From IMG/VR virus record IMGVR_UViG_3300048014_000057, positions 80,860 through 144,859 of that record: a stretch of 64,000 nt of DNA, one strand, 5' to 3'. The position numbers were made by a program, and so were the translations under genes. The notes beneath the pieces were generated by a model. That model searched no databases. It saw nothing but the letters and a program-made list of their open reading frames with translations, and was not told where the DNA came from. Of the stretch, positions 18,284 through 28,265 are shown one piece after another. Source of the DNA: a virus. The stretch's first letter is position 1. Each line of letters opens with the position of its first letter.

Positions 18284-18478
18284 ATGAAAAAATATAAACA
18301 TAAAAAAAGAAATTCCGTTTATTCTATTTTAACTATAGGAACATTTCAATGTTCTGATAAAAATTTAGATAATACAGAAGTAGTGATTTATAGAGATATT
18401 AAAGATTTAAAAATATGGGTAAGACCAAAAGATGAATTTTTTGATGGTAGATTTGAAGAAATAAAGGACAATGAATGA
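18284..18478 (+). CDS. DUF1653-like small protein
   Basis: YKHKK...Y...VVIYR...IWVRP.DEFFDGRF. Confidence 0.7.
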   Translation: MKKYKHKKRNSVYSILTIGTFQCSDKNLDNTEVVIYRDIKDLKIWVRPKDEFFDGRFEEIKDNE

Positions 18479-18894
18479 AATTTTTAACTTTAATATTATT
18501 TTTAGGACTTACTGTTAATGCTTCGGCTAATGGTAGATATCCTATAACAGAAGGACATTTTGAAAATTTAGGAAAAGTAGTGATCGATATAAAAAATTCT
18601 ATCGATCATGATTTTGTTATGTTATCATCTTGGTATGGATATGAATCTGGTAAATTTATGGCTAATGGAAAAAAATGGAATCCAGAAGCCTTGACTGTAG
18701 CTCATAGAACAATTCCTTTTGGTACTAAAATAAAAATTACAAATATTAAAAATGGTAAAAGTGTCATTGCAATTGTTACTGATCGTGGTCCTGCAAAATG
18801 GACTGATAGACAGTTAGACGTTTCTATGAAAATAGCAAAGATTCTAGGATTTAAAAATGCAGGAATAACCAAAGTTCGAGTAAAAATACTATAA
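18475..18894 (+). CDS. RlpA-like (double-psi beta-barrel) lytic transglycosylase with signal peptide
   Basis: SSWYG...ANG...LTVAHRTIPFGT...VTDRGP...DVS..A..LG. Confidence 0.85.
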   Translation: MKFLTLILFLGLTVNASANGRYPITEGHFENLGKVVIDIKNSIDHDFVMLSSWYGYESGKFMANGKKWNPEALTVAHRTIPFGTKIKITNIKNGKSVIAIVTDRGPAKWTDRQLDVSMKIAKILGFKNAGITKVRVKIL

Positions 18895-19071
18895 ATAATA
18901 ATGCATCTAAAAATTTTATAAGAAATGAAAATTATGATTGGATTGGAGTCATAAATTATGATACTATTCAAGGTCTAAAGGCAAAGGGAATAATAACAAA
19001 AAAACCTTCTGCATTTCCAGGAATTAAAAATGAGGGATGTCATATTCCCCTTAGAAGATAAGGATTAATAA

Positions 19072-20448
19072 TTGTTTGAAAAGGTTATATTATCAAATCT
19101 CGCATATAACGATCAATATGCGAGAAAAGTTCTTCCTTATTTAAAAGGTGAATATTTTGAGGAAAAACATGATAAAATATTATTTGAAGTAATATCTGAT
19201 TATATAGTAAAATATAATGGACTTCCTTCTCAAGAAGTATTGTTCATAGATTTACAAAATAAAGATAAAATTAATGATAAAGAGTTTGAAAAATGTAAGG
19301 AAGTTCTATTTGAATTAGAAGTAGATAAAAATTCCAAGATAGAATGGCTTTTTGATGAGACTGAAAAATATATTAAAAATAGAGCCATCTATCTTTCTCT
19401 CCTTAAATCAATTGAAATCTGTAATGATAAAGAAAATAAATTAGACAGAGCATCTATACCACAAATTCTTACCGACGCAATCGCTATTTCATTTGATTCT
19501 CATATTGGTCATGATTTTATTGAGGATGCTGATAGTCGATTTGAATATTATCATAAATTTGAAGATAAAATTCCATTTGATATTGATATTCTTAATATTA
19601 TTACAGGTGGCGGAGCATCTAATAAAACTCTTACCATTCTTTTAGCAGCACCGGGTACAGGAAAAACTGCTACTATGTGTCATTTTGCTGCCGATAATTT
19701 ACGTCAAGGAAAAAATGTTTTATATATAACTCTTGAAATGTCAGAAGAAATGATATGTCAGAGAATAGATGAAAACCTTATGGATTTAGATGTTGATACT
19801 CTTCTTATGCTTCCCAAAGAAACTTTTCTAAGAAGAATAGAAAATTTAAAGAAAAAAACTCCTGGTAAATTAATTGTCAAGGAATATCCTACAAGACAAG
19901 CAGGATCGGCAAATTTTAGAGCTTTAATAAAAGAATTAAAAATAAAAAAGAATTTTCTTCCTGACATAATTTATATTGATTATTTGAATATTTGTCTTGC
20001 GTCTACCTTAAAATTATCCAAGGCTTCTCTTTATGAATATGTAAAAGTAGTAGGAGAAGAGATTAGAGGTTTAGCCATAGAATTTAATCTTCCTATTATT
20101 TCTGCTTCTCAAATGAATAGAAGTTCAATTACTCTTTCATCACCTGGAATGGATTCGGTAGCAGATAGTTTTGGTACTTCCATGACTGCCGATTATATAT
20201 GGGCTTTGATAACTTCGGAAGAATTGGAAAGAGATTCACAGTTACAATTTACACAAGTTAAAAATCGTTATCATGATATTAACAAATATAAAAACTTTCT
20301 TGTGGGAGTCAATCGTGCTAAGATGCAATTATATAACGTGGGTAGATCGGAACAAAGTACATTATGTAAAAAAGAAGAAAATAGAATAAAAGAAGAACCT
20401 TTTATAACAAAAGAAATGAATGAGTTAGAAGATGATATTTTTAATTAA
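19072..20448 (+). CDS. gp41: Replicative DNA helicase (T4 gp41/DnaB-like)
   Basis: Walker A AAPGTGKT, YITLEMSE, IVKEYPT, IDYLNI, SASQMNR, KNRY. Confidence 0.95.
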   Translation: MFEKVILSNLAYNDQYARKVLPYLKGEYFEEKHDKILFEVISDYIVKYNGLPSQEVLFIDLQNKDKINDKEFEKCKEVLFELEVDKNSKIEWLFDETEKYIKNRAIYLSLLKSIEICNDKENKLDRASIPQILTDAIAISFDSHIGHDFIEDADSRFEYYHKFEDKIPFDIDILNIITGGGASNKTLTILLAAPGTGKTATMCHFAADNLRQGKNVLYITLEMSEEMICQRIDENLMDLDVDTLLMLPKETFLRRIENLKKKTPGKLIVKEYPTRQAGSANFRALIKELKIKKNFLPDIIYIDYLNICLASTLKLSKASLYEYVKVVGEEIRGLAIEFNLPIISASQMNRSSITLSSPGMDSVADSFGTSMTADYIWALITSEELERDSQLQFTQVKNRYHDINKYKNFLVGVNRAKMQLYNVGRSEQSTLCKKEENRIKEEPFITKEMNELEDDIFN

Positions 20449-20461
20449 TGAAAGGTATAAA

Positions 20462-20776
20462 ATGTTTAAGATAAAAGACGAAGAAATTGTTAATGATTTA
20501 TTAAAAATATTAGAATTAATTTCTGATATAAATTTTTGGACTCAAGACTCAATTGCGAAAGATGAAAATGATAATAGACTTTATGATCCATATGATAAAA
20601 ATGCCAAAAAATATTGTTTATTAGGAGCATGTTATTTTCTTGAAATAAAAGAAAAAACTAAACAATATATACAAGAAAAATCAAATGATCTTGGATATTA
20701 TGATATGACATCCTTAAATGATCAAAATAATCATAAATTTGTTATTACCTTTATAATTAATTTATTAAAAAAATAA
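20462..20776 (+). CDS. Hypothetical protein (W.Q...YCLLGA...ND phage family)
   Basis: ORF track; ATG at 20462 follows AAGG. Confidence 0.6.
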   Translation: MFKIKDEEIVNDLLKILELISDINFWTQDSIAKDENDNRLYDPYDKNAKKYCLLGACYFLEIKEKTKQYIQEKSNDLGYYDMTSLNDQNNHKFVITFIINLLKK

Positions 20777-20825
20777 AATTTTAATGTTTATAAATTAAAA
20801 AAGTTTTCGAAGAAAGGTTAAAAAG

Positions 20826-21344
20826 ATGAGTAAAATATTTATAATTTCTGATACACATTTCGGGCATTCTGCTATAATTAAATTATGTAATCGTCCATTT
20901 AAAGATAAAGATGAAATGGATAATACTATGATTAATAACTGGAATTCAGTAGTGGGTTTTGATGATATTGTAATTCATCTTGGTGATTTTATGTATTATA
21001 AACAAGATACAGGAATATTTGAGAAATTAAAAGGTCATAAAATATTAATTAAAGGGAATCATGATCATTCTGTAACAAAAAATATGAATTGGCAATCTGT
21101 TCATGATTATTTAGAAATAAATCAGTTTATAAATGGTTCTATAAAAAACTTTATTTTATTTCATTATCCAATTTTTGAATGGAATAAAAAATTTCATGGT
21201 TCTATTCATTTATATGGTCATATTCATAATAATGTAATGAACGAAAAAAATGCATATAATGTATGTGTGGAACATACAAACTATACACCACAAAGTTTAG
21301 ATATTTTCAATAAAATTGAAATAAAAGAAAAGGAAAAAGAATAA
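20826..21344 (+). CDS. Calcineurin-like phosphoesterase
   Basis: SDTHFGH, HLGD, GNHD, FHYP, HLYGHIH. Confidence 0.9.
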   Translation: MSKIFIISDTHFGHSAIIKLCNRPFKDKDEMDNTMINNWNSVVGFDDIVIHLGDFMYYKQDTGIFEKLKGHKILIKGNHDHSVTKNMNWQSVHDYLEINQFINGSIKNFILFHYPIFEWNKKFHGSIHLYGHIHNNVMNEKNAYNVCVEHTNYTPQSLDIFNKIEIKEKEKE

Positions 21345-21790
21345 TGAATCTTCAAGAAAATACACCAAGAGATACTTTAGATGCTGTTGATGAATTTAAT
21401 CTTAATTCTATAAAAGATGCTATAAATACATTTAATATTAAACAAGGTTGGAGAAATAAATCCAATGAAATTAAAGAAGTATTATTAAATAATGCTCCAC
21501 ATTTAATTTCCGCCTTTGAAAATTATTTGATTGGTACTATGATTGCTTTAATCATGTCAGAATTAGGCGAAGCACTAGAAGCTGCAAGAAAAAATTTAAA
21601 TGATGATCATCTTCCTCATAGAAAAGGATTAGAAGTTGAATTGGCAGATGCGGTTATTAGAATTTTTGATATGGCGGGATATTTAGGTTTAGATATTGGT
21701 GCTGCTATTGTTGAAAAAGATCAATATAATCGTCATCGTCAAGATCATAAAATTACCAATAGAGAAAAAGATGGTGGAAAAAAGTTTTAG
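21344..21790 (+). CDS. MazG-like nucleotide pyrophosphohydrolase
   Basis: SELGEALEAARK...EVELADAVIRIFD...K..YN..R. Confidence 0.85.
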   Translation: MNLQENTPRDTLDAVDEFNLNSIKDAINTFNIKQGWRNKSNEIKEVLLNNAPHLISAFENYLIGTMIALIMSELGEALEAARKNLNDDHLPHRKGLEVELADAVIRIFDMAGYLGLDIGAAIVEKDQYNRHRQDHKITNREKDGGKKF

Positions 21791-21799
21791 GAGTATAAT

Positions 21800-22522
21800 A
21801 TGTCAGAAGGTATTTCATTTATAATTCCAGCATATAATGAAGAAAAATTAATTTCTGATTGTATAATATCTATATATGCAGAAATTTTAAGATTTGATAT
21901 TAATTTTAATTTTGTTGAAATTATAGTAGTTGATAATAATTCAACAGACAGAACAAAAGAAATTGCTGAAAATTGTGGTGCAAAGGTTATTTCCTGTATA
22001 AATAAAGGAGTAACTTTTGCCAGACAAGCTGGGTTTAAAAATGCTAAGTATGAATATCAAGCCTATATTGATGCTGATAATAAAATACCTTTAGGATGGT
22101 TAAAAAATTTAAAATATATTCGTAATTCAAATACAGTTGCTATTTCTGGTCCTATTGTTTTTGAAGATTATAATAATTTATTTAAATTTTGTGGAAAAAT
22201 ATTTTATTTAATTAATATTATAATGCATAAATTAATAGGTCCAAGCATTCAAGGTGGTAATTTTATTGTTCGTAAATCTGCTCTTGAAAAAATTGGTGGA
22301 CATTCAACAAATATCTCCTTTTATGGAGAAGATACAGATTTGGCAGCAAGATTATCAAAAGTAGGAAAAGTAAAACTTATTCCTTCTATGTGGATTTATT
22401 CTTCTTCACGGAGATTTAAAAATGAAGGAATTATAAAAACTATGTATAAATATATTCTTAATTATTTTTCTGTATCTTTATTAAATAAACCCTTGACAAA
22501 AGAATATAAAGACTACCGATGA
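21800..22522 (+). CDS. Glycosyltransferase family 2
   Basis: IIPAYNEE, VVDNNSTD, ARQAG, DAD, GEDTDL, SSRR. Confidence 0.9.
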   Translation: MSEGISFIIPAYNEEKLISDCIISIYAEILRFDINFNFVEIIVVDNNSTDRTKEIAENCGAKVISCINKGVTFARQAGFKNAKYEYQAYIDADNKIPLGWLKNLKYIRNSNTVAISGPIVFEDYNNLFKFCGKIFYLINIIMHKLIGPSIQGGNFIVRKSALEKIGGHSTNISFYGEDTDLAARLSKVGKVKLIPSMWIYSSSRRFKNEGIIKTMYKYILNYFSVSLLNKPLTKEYKDYR

Positions 22523-23238
22523 AAAATAATTATCATACAATTTTTATTTCTGATGTACATCTAGGAATGAGATTTATTGATTCTTCTAAACTATTGAAAT
22601 TTTTGAGAAATTCAAATTCCTCTAGGATTTTTATTGTAGGAGATTTTATTGATGGATGGGCTCTTTCTTCATCTTGGAATTGGCCTGATATAAATTCTAA
22701 AATAATAAAAGAAATATATAATAAATCTTCCCATGGAACCGAAATAATAATTGTTGCAGGTAATCATGACGAATTTTTAAGAAATTATGTTGGAATTTCT
22801 TTTGGTAACATAAAAATTGTAGATAAATACATATATAAAGCAATGAATGAAAAAAGTTATTTAATTATTCATGGTGACTTATTTGATTCGGTTATTCGAT
22901 ATGCAAAATGGTTAGTATTTCTTTCAGATCATCTTTATAATTTAGTTTTTATGATTAATTATGTATTGACTAAAATTCCAAAAAATCATTGGTCTCTTTC
23001 TCAGTGGTGTAAAAATTCTGTAAAATCAGTTCTTAATTTTATTACACATTTTGAAAATATACTATGTAAAGAAGCTGAATTAAATAAATGTGACGGTGTA
23101 ATTTGTGGTCATATTCATAAAGCTGATATTAAAAAAATAAATGAAATAGAATATATGAATTGTGGAGATTGGGTAGAATCTCATAATTGTTTAGTAGAAG
23201 ATTTTGAAGGTAATTTTAAAATAATTAATTTTAAATGA
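22519..23238 (+). CDS. LpxH-like metallophosphoesterase (UDP-2,3-diacylglucosamine hydrolase family)
   Basis: ISDVHLG, VGDFIDGW, GNHDE, HGDLFD, CGHIH, NCGDWVE. Confidence 0.85.
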   Translation: MKNNYHTIFISDVHLGMRFIDSSKLLKFLRNSNSSRIFIVGDFIDGWALSSSWNWPDINSKIIKEIYNKSSHGTEIIIVAGNHDEFLRNYVGISFGNIKIVDKYIYKAMNEKSYLIIHGDLFDSVIRYAKWLVFLSDHLYNLVFMINYVLTKIPKNHWSLSQWCKNSVKSVLNFITHFENILCKEAELNKCDGVICGHIHKADIKKINEIEYMNCGDWVESHNCLVEDFEGNFKIINFK

Positions 23239-23245
23239 GATAGTT

Positions 23246-24688
23246 ATGTTTGATGAAAATTTAAAGAATTGGATTAAAGAAAATTGTTTTTCTATTAAAG
23301 GAAGTTTGAATAATAGAATTTCCTTTTTGTCTTGGTGGAAAAATAAATGTGTAGAAGAATACTTAGAAAAAATTATAGAACAAACTTCATTTTTAGAAAC
23401 AGATAATATTACACAAAGAATTTATCATATTTTAAATGATATTAAAAGCATTCCATTATGCAAGCATTGTGGAGTCAAGGAAAATAATTTTAAACAATTT
23501 AAGTCTGGTTATTTTGATTACTGTTCTTTATATTGCTCTACCCAATCAGAAGAACGTAATAAAAAAATTGGCAAAAACCGTGATATGGTTTCTATCATAG
23601 AAAAGACTAAAAAAACAAATTTAGAGAAATATGGTGTAGAATTATATTATCAGACAGAAGAATTTAAACGAAAATCTGCTCAGTCTAAATTAGAACGTTA
23701 TGGAAATTGTCAATACAATAATTTAGAACAAAATAAAAAAACTTGCATTGAAAAATATGGAATAGAAACACTATTTAATAATTCTGAATTTCAAACAAGA
23801 ATACAAAGAATAAAATTAGAAAAATTTCCAGATGGAATTATAAATTGGGGCAGAAAATCTAAACCAGAAAAAGAGATTAAAGAATTTCTAAATCAATATG
23901 GTAATTTTAACACAAATAGAAAATTACTAGATGGACTGGAAATAGATGCTTATTCGGAAGAGCTAAATTTGGGTGTTGAATATTGTGGACTTTATTGGCA
24001 TTCCGAAGAATTTAAAGAAAACAATTATCATTATAAAAAATATATTAGTTGTAAAGAAAAAAATATAAAGTTAATAACTATTTTTGAAGATGAGTGGATA
24101 TATAGAAAAGATCAAGTTCTACAATTTCTTAAGGCAAATTTAGGTATTTTTGAAAAAAGAATATTTGCAAGAAAATGTAAATTTATTCAATTAGAGGATA
24201 AAAGATATGATTTTTTTGATAAATACCATATACAAGGATCACCTTCTAATATAAAATATTCTTTTGGTTTAGAATATGAGGATGAATTAGTCGGTTTAGT
24301 ATCTTTTGCAAATCATCATAGAGATAATGTTAAATTAGTTCTTAATCGACTTACATTTAAAGATGGATATCAAATAATTGGTGGTGCCTCAAGATTAATA
24401 AAAAACTCTTTGGAAAGATTAAATCAGGAAATCATTACTTGGTCTGATAATAGATGGTCTACAGGAAAAATTTATGAAAATTCTGGATTTATTCTAGATG
24501 AAAATTTAGCTCCTGATTATTCTTATGTATTAAAAGACAATACCTTTAGAAGACAATCTAAACAAACAAGTAAAAAATCAAATTTTAATATACCTCCCGA
24601 AATCACAGAACATGAATATTTCTATAATAAAGGAATTTATAGAATTTATGATTGTGGCAAAATAAGATGGAAATATAACAAAAAATAA
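23246..24688 (+). CDS. Putative free-standing homing endonuclease (Hef-like PD-(D/E)xK nuclease plus C-terminal YDCG domain)
   Basis: CKHC/CS..C, KKTNLEKYG repeats, EIDAY...VEYCGLYWHS, IFEDEW, FARKC, HIQG, GGASRL, IYDCG. Confidence 0.7.
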   Translation: MFDENLKNWIKENCFSIKGSLNNRISFLSWWKNKCVEEYLEKIIEQTSFLETDNITQRIYHILNDIKSIPLCKHCGVKENNFKQFKSGYFDYCSLYCSTQSEERNKKIGKNRDMVSIIEKTKKTNLEKYGVELYYQTEEFKRKSAQSKLERYGNCQYNNLEQNKKTCIEKYGIETLFNNSEFQTRIQRIKLEKFPDGIINWGRKSKPEKEIKEFLNQYGNFNTNRKLLDGLEIDAYSEELNLGVEYCGLYWHSEEFKENNYHYKKYISCKEKNIKLITIFEDEWIYRKDQVLQFLKANLGIFEKRIFARKCKFIQLEDKRYDFFDKYHIQGSPSNIKYSFGLEYEDELVGLVSFANHHRDNVKLVLNRLTFKDGYQIIGGASRLIKNSLERLNQEIITWSDNRWSTGKIYENSGFILDENLAPDYSYVLKDNTFRRQSKQTSKKSNFNIPPEITEHEYFYNKGIYRIYDCGKIRWKYNKK

Positions 24689-24706
24689 GAAAGGAAAATA
24701 ATATAA

Positions 24707-26734
24707 ATGGAAATTAAATTAACTGCCGAAGACCTAGCCAAAAAGAAATTATTTATAGCTACACCTATGTACGGGGGTTTGTGTGCTGGTATGTACACTA
24801 AATCTATGTGTGATTTATCGGCTGTTTGTACTAGATATAACATAGAACTACAATATTTTGCTTTGTTTAATGAAAGTTTGATCACACGCGCTCGCAACTA
24901 TTGTGTAGATGAATTTCTTAGATCAAAAATGGATTATCTTTTATTTCTTGATGCCGATATTGGGTTTGATCCTGGTGATATTATTGCTATGATGGGTTTG
25001 ATGACACTAGAATCTCCTTATGATGTCCTATGTGCGCCTTATCCAAAAAAATCGTACGATAAAGATACACCAATTCTTACAGAAGATGGTATTAAAAAAG
25101 TAGAGTGGATTGTTAAAAACAAATATTCTGGAAAAGTTATGTCTTACTCTTCTGAAAGAGGATTTGAATGGCAGCCTGTAATTAATTGGTTTGAATCTTT
25201 TGATCCTAATAAAAAATGGGTTAAATTATATTATCAAGGTGGTTCTAGTAATGGTAAATCTTTAACACTTACTCATGATCATGATTGTATGTTTATTAAA
25301 GATATTATGAATCCTTTAATAGAAAAATTACCAGCAGAAGTAGGTAAAAATAAATGGGCAGTTAGTAGACCAGTAAATAGAATTAATCCTTTATATACTA
25401 AAGATCAATTGTCATTTTTAATTGGTACGCTTTTAGGAGATGCAACACTTTCTAAAAAAGAACAAAGATTATCAATTGAACATGGATCAAAACAAAAAGA
25501 ATATTTAGAATTAAAGCAAAAAATATTTGGTGGTGAAATTACAGGACCTTATACTACTAATAAAAATGGAACAACATGGCATTTAACATCACCTGTAAAT
25601 GCACAAACTAGATATATAAGGAATATTTTATATGAAAATGGTAAAAAAACAGTAAAAAATATTTTGAAATATGTAGACGAAAAATCTTTAGCATTTTGGA
25701 TATTAGATGATGGTTGTCTTCATAATAATAATGGGAAATATTCTCCATATTACAGAATTTCTACAGAAGGATTTTCAGATGAAGATCAATATTTACTTGT
25801 AGATTTTTTAAAAGAAAAATGGGATATTGAAGCATCTATTGTAAAAAATGGTAAATATAATTGTTTATATATTAATACAATTGATAGTAAAAAAGTTTTT
25901 GATCTTATTTCTCCCTATATACCAGATTGTATGAAATATAAAATTCCAGAAAAATATCATTATGTAGAAAAATATATTTTTAATGGAGAATTTTTAAATT
26001 ATGGAGCTTCTTTAGTAAAAGAAGTTAAATGGTTAAATGATGAAAAAAGAAGAAATCAATATGATATTACTGTAGATGTAAATCATAATTTCGTTACAAA
26101 AAATATTACAATTTTTCAATGCATCAGTTGGGAAAAGATTGTTCAGGCGGTAAACAAAGGAATGGCAGATGAAAATCCTAATGTTCTGGATAAGTATGTT
26201 GGAGATTTCGTTTTTAATCCAAAATCAGGACAATCCCAAATTCCCATTAATAAGCCTTGTGAAATTTTAGAAGGTGGAACAGGATTTATGATGATTCGTC
26301 GCGCTACTTTTGAAAAATTTCAAGAAGCATTTCCTCATTATATGTATCGTCCTGATCATGTAAGAACTGCACATTTTGATGGTTCTCGGCAGATTTGTCA
26401 ATTTTTTCAGGCTGAAATTGATGCTCCTGATGCTGTATTATTAAAAGAAAGAATTAAAAAAATTTTTGATAATGGTGGATCAAAAGAAGATATACAAAAA
26501 GAAGTTAATGATTTTGAAAAGAAATTATCTACAGCTTCTAATCGTTATCTAAGTGAGGATTATTTTTTTTCGCAAAAGATACAAGAATTAGGTATGAAGA
26601 TTTGGTTATGCCCTTGGATGAAGACAACTCACATGGGAAACATGATATATGGGGGAAGTTTAGCAGATTTAGCAAGTATAGGTGCCTCGCCAACCGCTGA
26701 AATTTCATTATTGAAAAAAGAAAAAGCTAAATAA
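24707..26734 (+). CDS. Phage glycosyltransferase-like protein (GT-A fold) containing an intein
   Basis: FIATPMYGG, NESLITRARN, FLDADI, YPKK|intein|CISWEKI, GTGFMMI, YLSEDY, H.G. Confidence 0.8.
   Translation: MEIKLTAEDLAKKKLFIATPMYGGLCAGMYTKSMCDLSAVCTRYNIELQYFALFNESLITRARNYCVDEFLRSKMDYLLFLDADIGFDPGDIIAMMGLMTLESPYDVLCAPYPKKSYDKDTPILTEDGIKKVEWIVKNKYSGKVMSYSSERGFEWQPVINWFESFDPNKKWVKLYYQGGSSNGKSLTLTHDHDCMFIKDIMNPLIEKLPAEVGKNKWAVSRPVNRINPLYTKDQLSFLIGTLLGDATLSKKEQRLSIEHGSKQKEYLELKQKIFGGEITGPYTTNKNGTTWHLTSPVNAQTRYIRNILYENGKKTVKNILKYVDEKSLAFWILDDGCLHNNNGKYSPYYRISTEGFSDEDQYLLVDFLKEKWDIEASIVKNGKYNCLYINTIDSKKVFDLISPYIPDCMKYKIPEKYHYVEKYIFNGEFLNYGASLVKEVKWLNDEKRRNQYDITVDVNHNFVTKNITIFQCISWEKIVQAVNKGMADENPNVLDKYVGDFVFNPKSGQSQIPINKPCEILEGGTGFMMIRRATFEKFQEAFPHYMYRPDHVRTAHFDGSRQICQFFQAEIDAPDAVLLKERIKKIFDNGGSKEDIQKEVNDFEKKLSTASNRYLSEDYFFSQKIQELGMKIWLCPWMKTTHMGNMIYGGSLADLASIGASPTAEISLLKKEKAK
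25052..26119 (+). mobile_element. Intein with LAGLIDADG homing endonuclease (356 aa, Ser1, ends Phe-Gln, +1 Cys)
   Basis: SYDKDTPILTEDG (block A), LTHDH (block B), LIGTLLGDA and LAFWILDDG (LAGLIDADG), YDITV..NHNF...IFQ/C. Confidence 0.88.
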
Positions 26735-26771
26735 ATCAATAACTTAGCTTAAAAAATGAAAGAAATATATT

Positions 26772-28265
26772 ATGTTAAAAGGGCAAGGACAATCCAAAGA
26801 ATATGAAATATTTGACTCTAATAAAAATATTTCATATTCAATAAAAAATCTTGCAAATTTTTGTAGAGAAAATAATCTTTCTGAAATTTGTATGAGAGAT
26901 GTTTCTAAAGGAAGATCAATGCAACATAAAGGGTTTTATTGTAAAGATAAAACCTCAGATATTAATCTTTTAGAAATACATAAAAATAGATTATTCTTAT
27001 TAGAACCAAGAATAAAAATAACCAAAACAAAAAAAGAAAGATATAATCAATCTGATTTATATTATGATTTTTTAAATAATGTAGAGAAATATTATAATGA
27101 TCTACATATTGATAAAAAACTATCATGTCAAAAGATAGCTGAATTATTAGGATCAAATGACGAGAGTATTAGATTAGCATTTAAAAAATTGAATTTAGAA
27201 TTAAAAAATTATAAGTATAATTCTGGAAAAAAAAATTATGAAATAAAAAATTTTACAGAAAAACAAAAATTACTAGCAGATAACTTTCAAGAAATTTTTA
27301 ATAAAGAACATTTTGATAATAAACTGAGTATTAATTCTATTGCCAAAAAGTATGAATTTACTCCCATGACTATATTTAATTATTGTAAAAAATATGAAAT
27401 TAAATACGAAAGTAAAAATATATCATCTCCTCATTCGGCAATTATTAATATATTAGATAATTATAATATAAATTATGAAAAAAATAATAGAATATTAATT
27501 AAACCACAAGAATTAGACATATATATTCCAGATTATAATTTTGCCATTGAAATAAATAGTCTTTATTGGCATTCAGAAGATAAAAAAGAAAAAAATTATC
27601 ATTTGAATAAATTCGATATATGTAAAGAAAAAAATATTTTATTATTACAATTTTGGGATATAGAAATTGATAATAAAGCTGATTTAGTAGAATCTATGAT
27701 TTTATCTAAATTAGGAATATACAAAAAAATAATGGCAAGAAAATGTGAAATAAAAATATTAAATAATAATGATATTAAAGAATTTGAAAATAAAAATCAT
27801 ATACAAGGTTATAGATCAAGTAGTATAAACTATGGATTATTTTATAAAAATGAATTAGTTATGGTTATGACTTTCAATAAACATAATCAATATGATTTTG
27901 AAATAATTCGGTTGTGTTCTAAATCAAATCATACTATCCTAGGTGGATCAGAAAGATTATTTAAAAAATTTATTTCTGATTATAATCCTAATTCAATTTT
28001 ATCCTTTTGTGATAAAAGATTATTTAATGGAAATGTATATAAAAAATTAGGTTTTAAATTAGAAAGAGAAACTTCACCTAATTATTGGTATTTTAATGAT
28101 AGAGAATATATATTAAAATCGAGATTACAATTTCAAAAACATAAATTATCTAAACTTGAAAATTTCGACCCTAATAAATCTGAAAGTGAAAATATGAGAA
28201 ATAATAGATATTACAAAATTTATGATTGTGGAAATTATGTTTTTATATGGAGAAAAAATACATGA
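26772..28265 (+). CDS. Putative free-standing homing endonuclease, same family as 23246-24688 with a different N terminus
   Basis: HTH-like N-terminal repeats; ELDIYIP...IEINSLYWHS, MARKC, NHIQG, GGSERL, IYDCG. Confidence 0.7.
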   Translation: MLKGQGQSKEYEIFDSNKNISYSIKNLANFCRENNLSEICMRDVSKGRSMQHKGFYCKDKTSDINLLEIHKNRLFLLEPRIKITKTKKERYNQSDLYYDFLNNVEKYYNDLHIDKKLSCQKIAELLGSNDESIRLAFKKLNLELKNYKYNSGKKNYEIKNFTEKQKLLADNFQEIFNKEHFDNKLSINSIAKKYEFTPMTIFNYCKKYEIKYESKNISSPHSAIINILDNYNINYEKNNRILIKPQELDIYIPDYNFAIEINSLYWHSEDKKEKNYHLNKFDICKEKNILLLQFWDIEIDNKADLVESMILSKLGIYKKIMARKCEIKILNNNDIKEFENKNHIQGYRSSSINYGLFYKNELVMVMTFNKHNQYDFEIIRLCSKSNHTILGGSERLFKKFISDYNPNSILSFCDKRLFNGNVYKKLGFKLERETSPNYWYFNDREYILKSRLQFQKHKLSKLENFDPNKSESENMRNNRYYKIYDCGNYVFIWRKNT

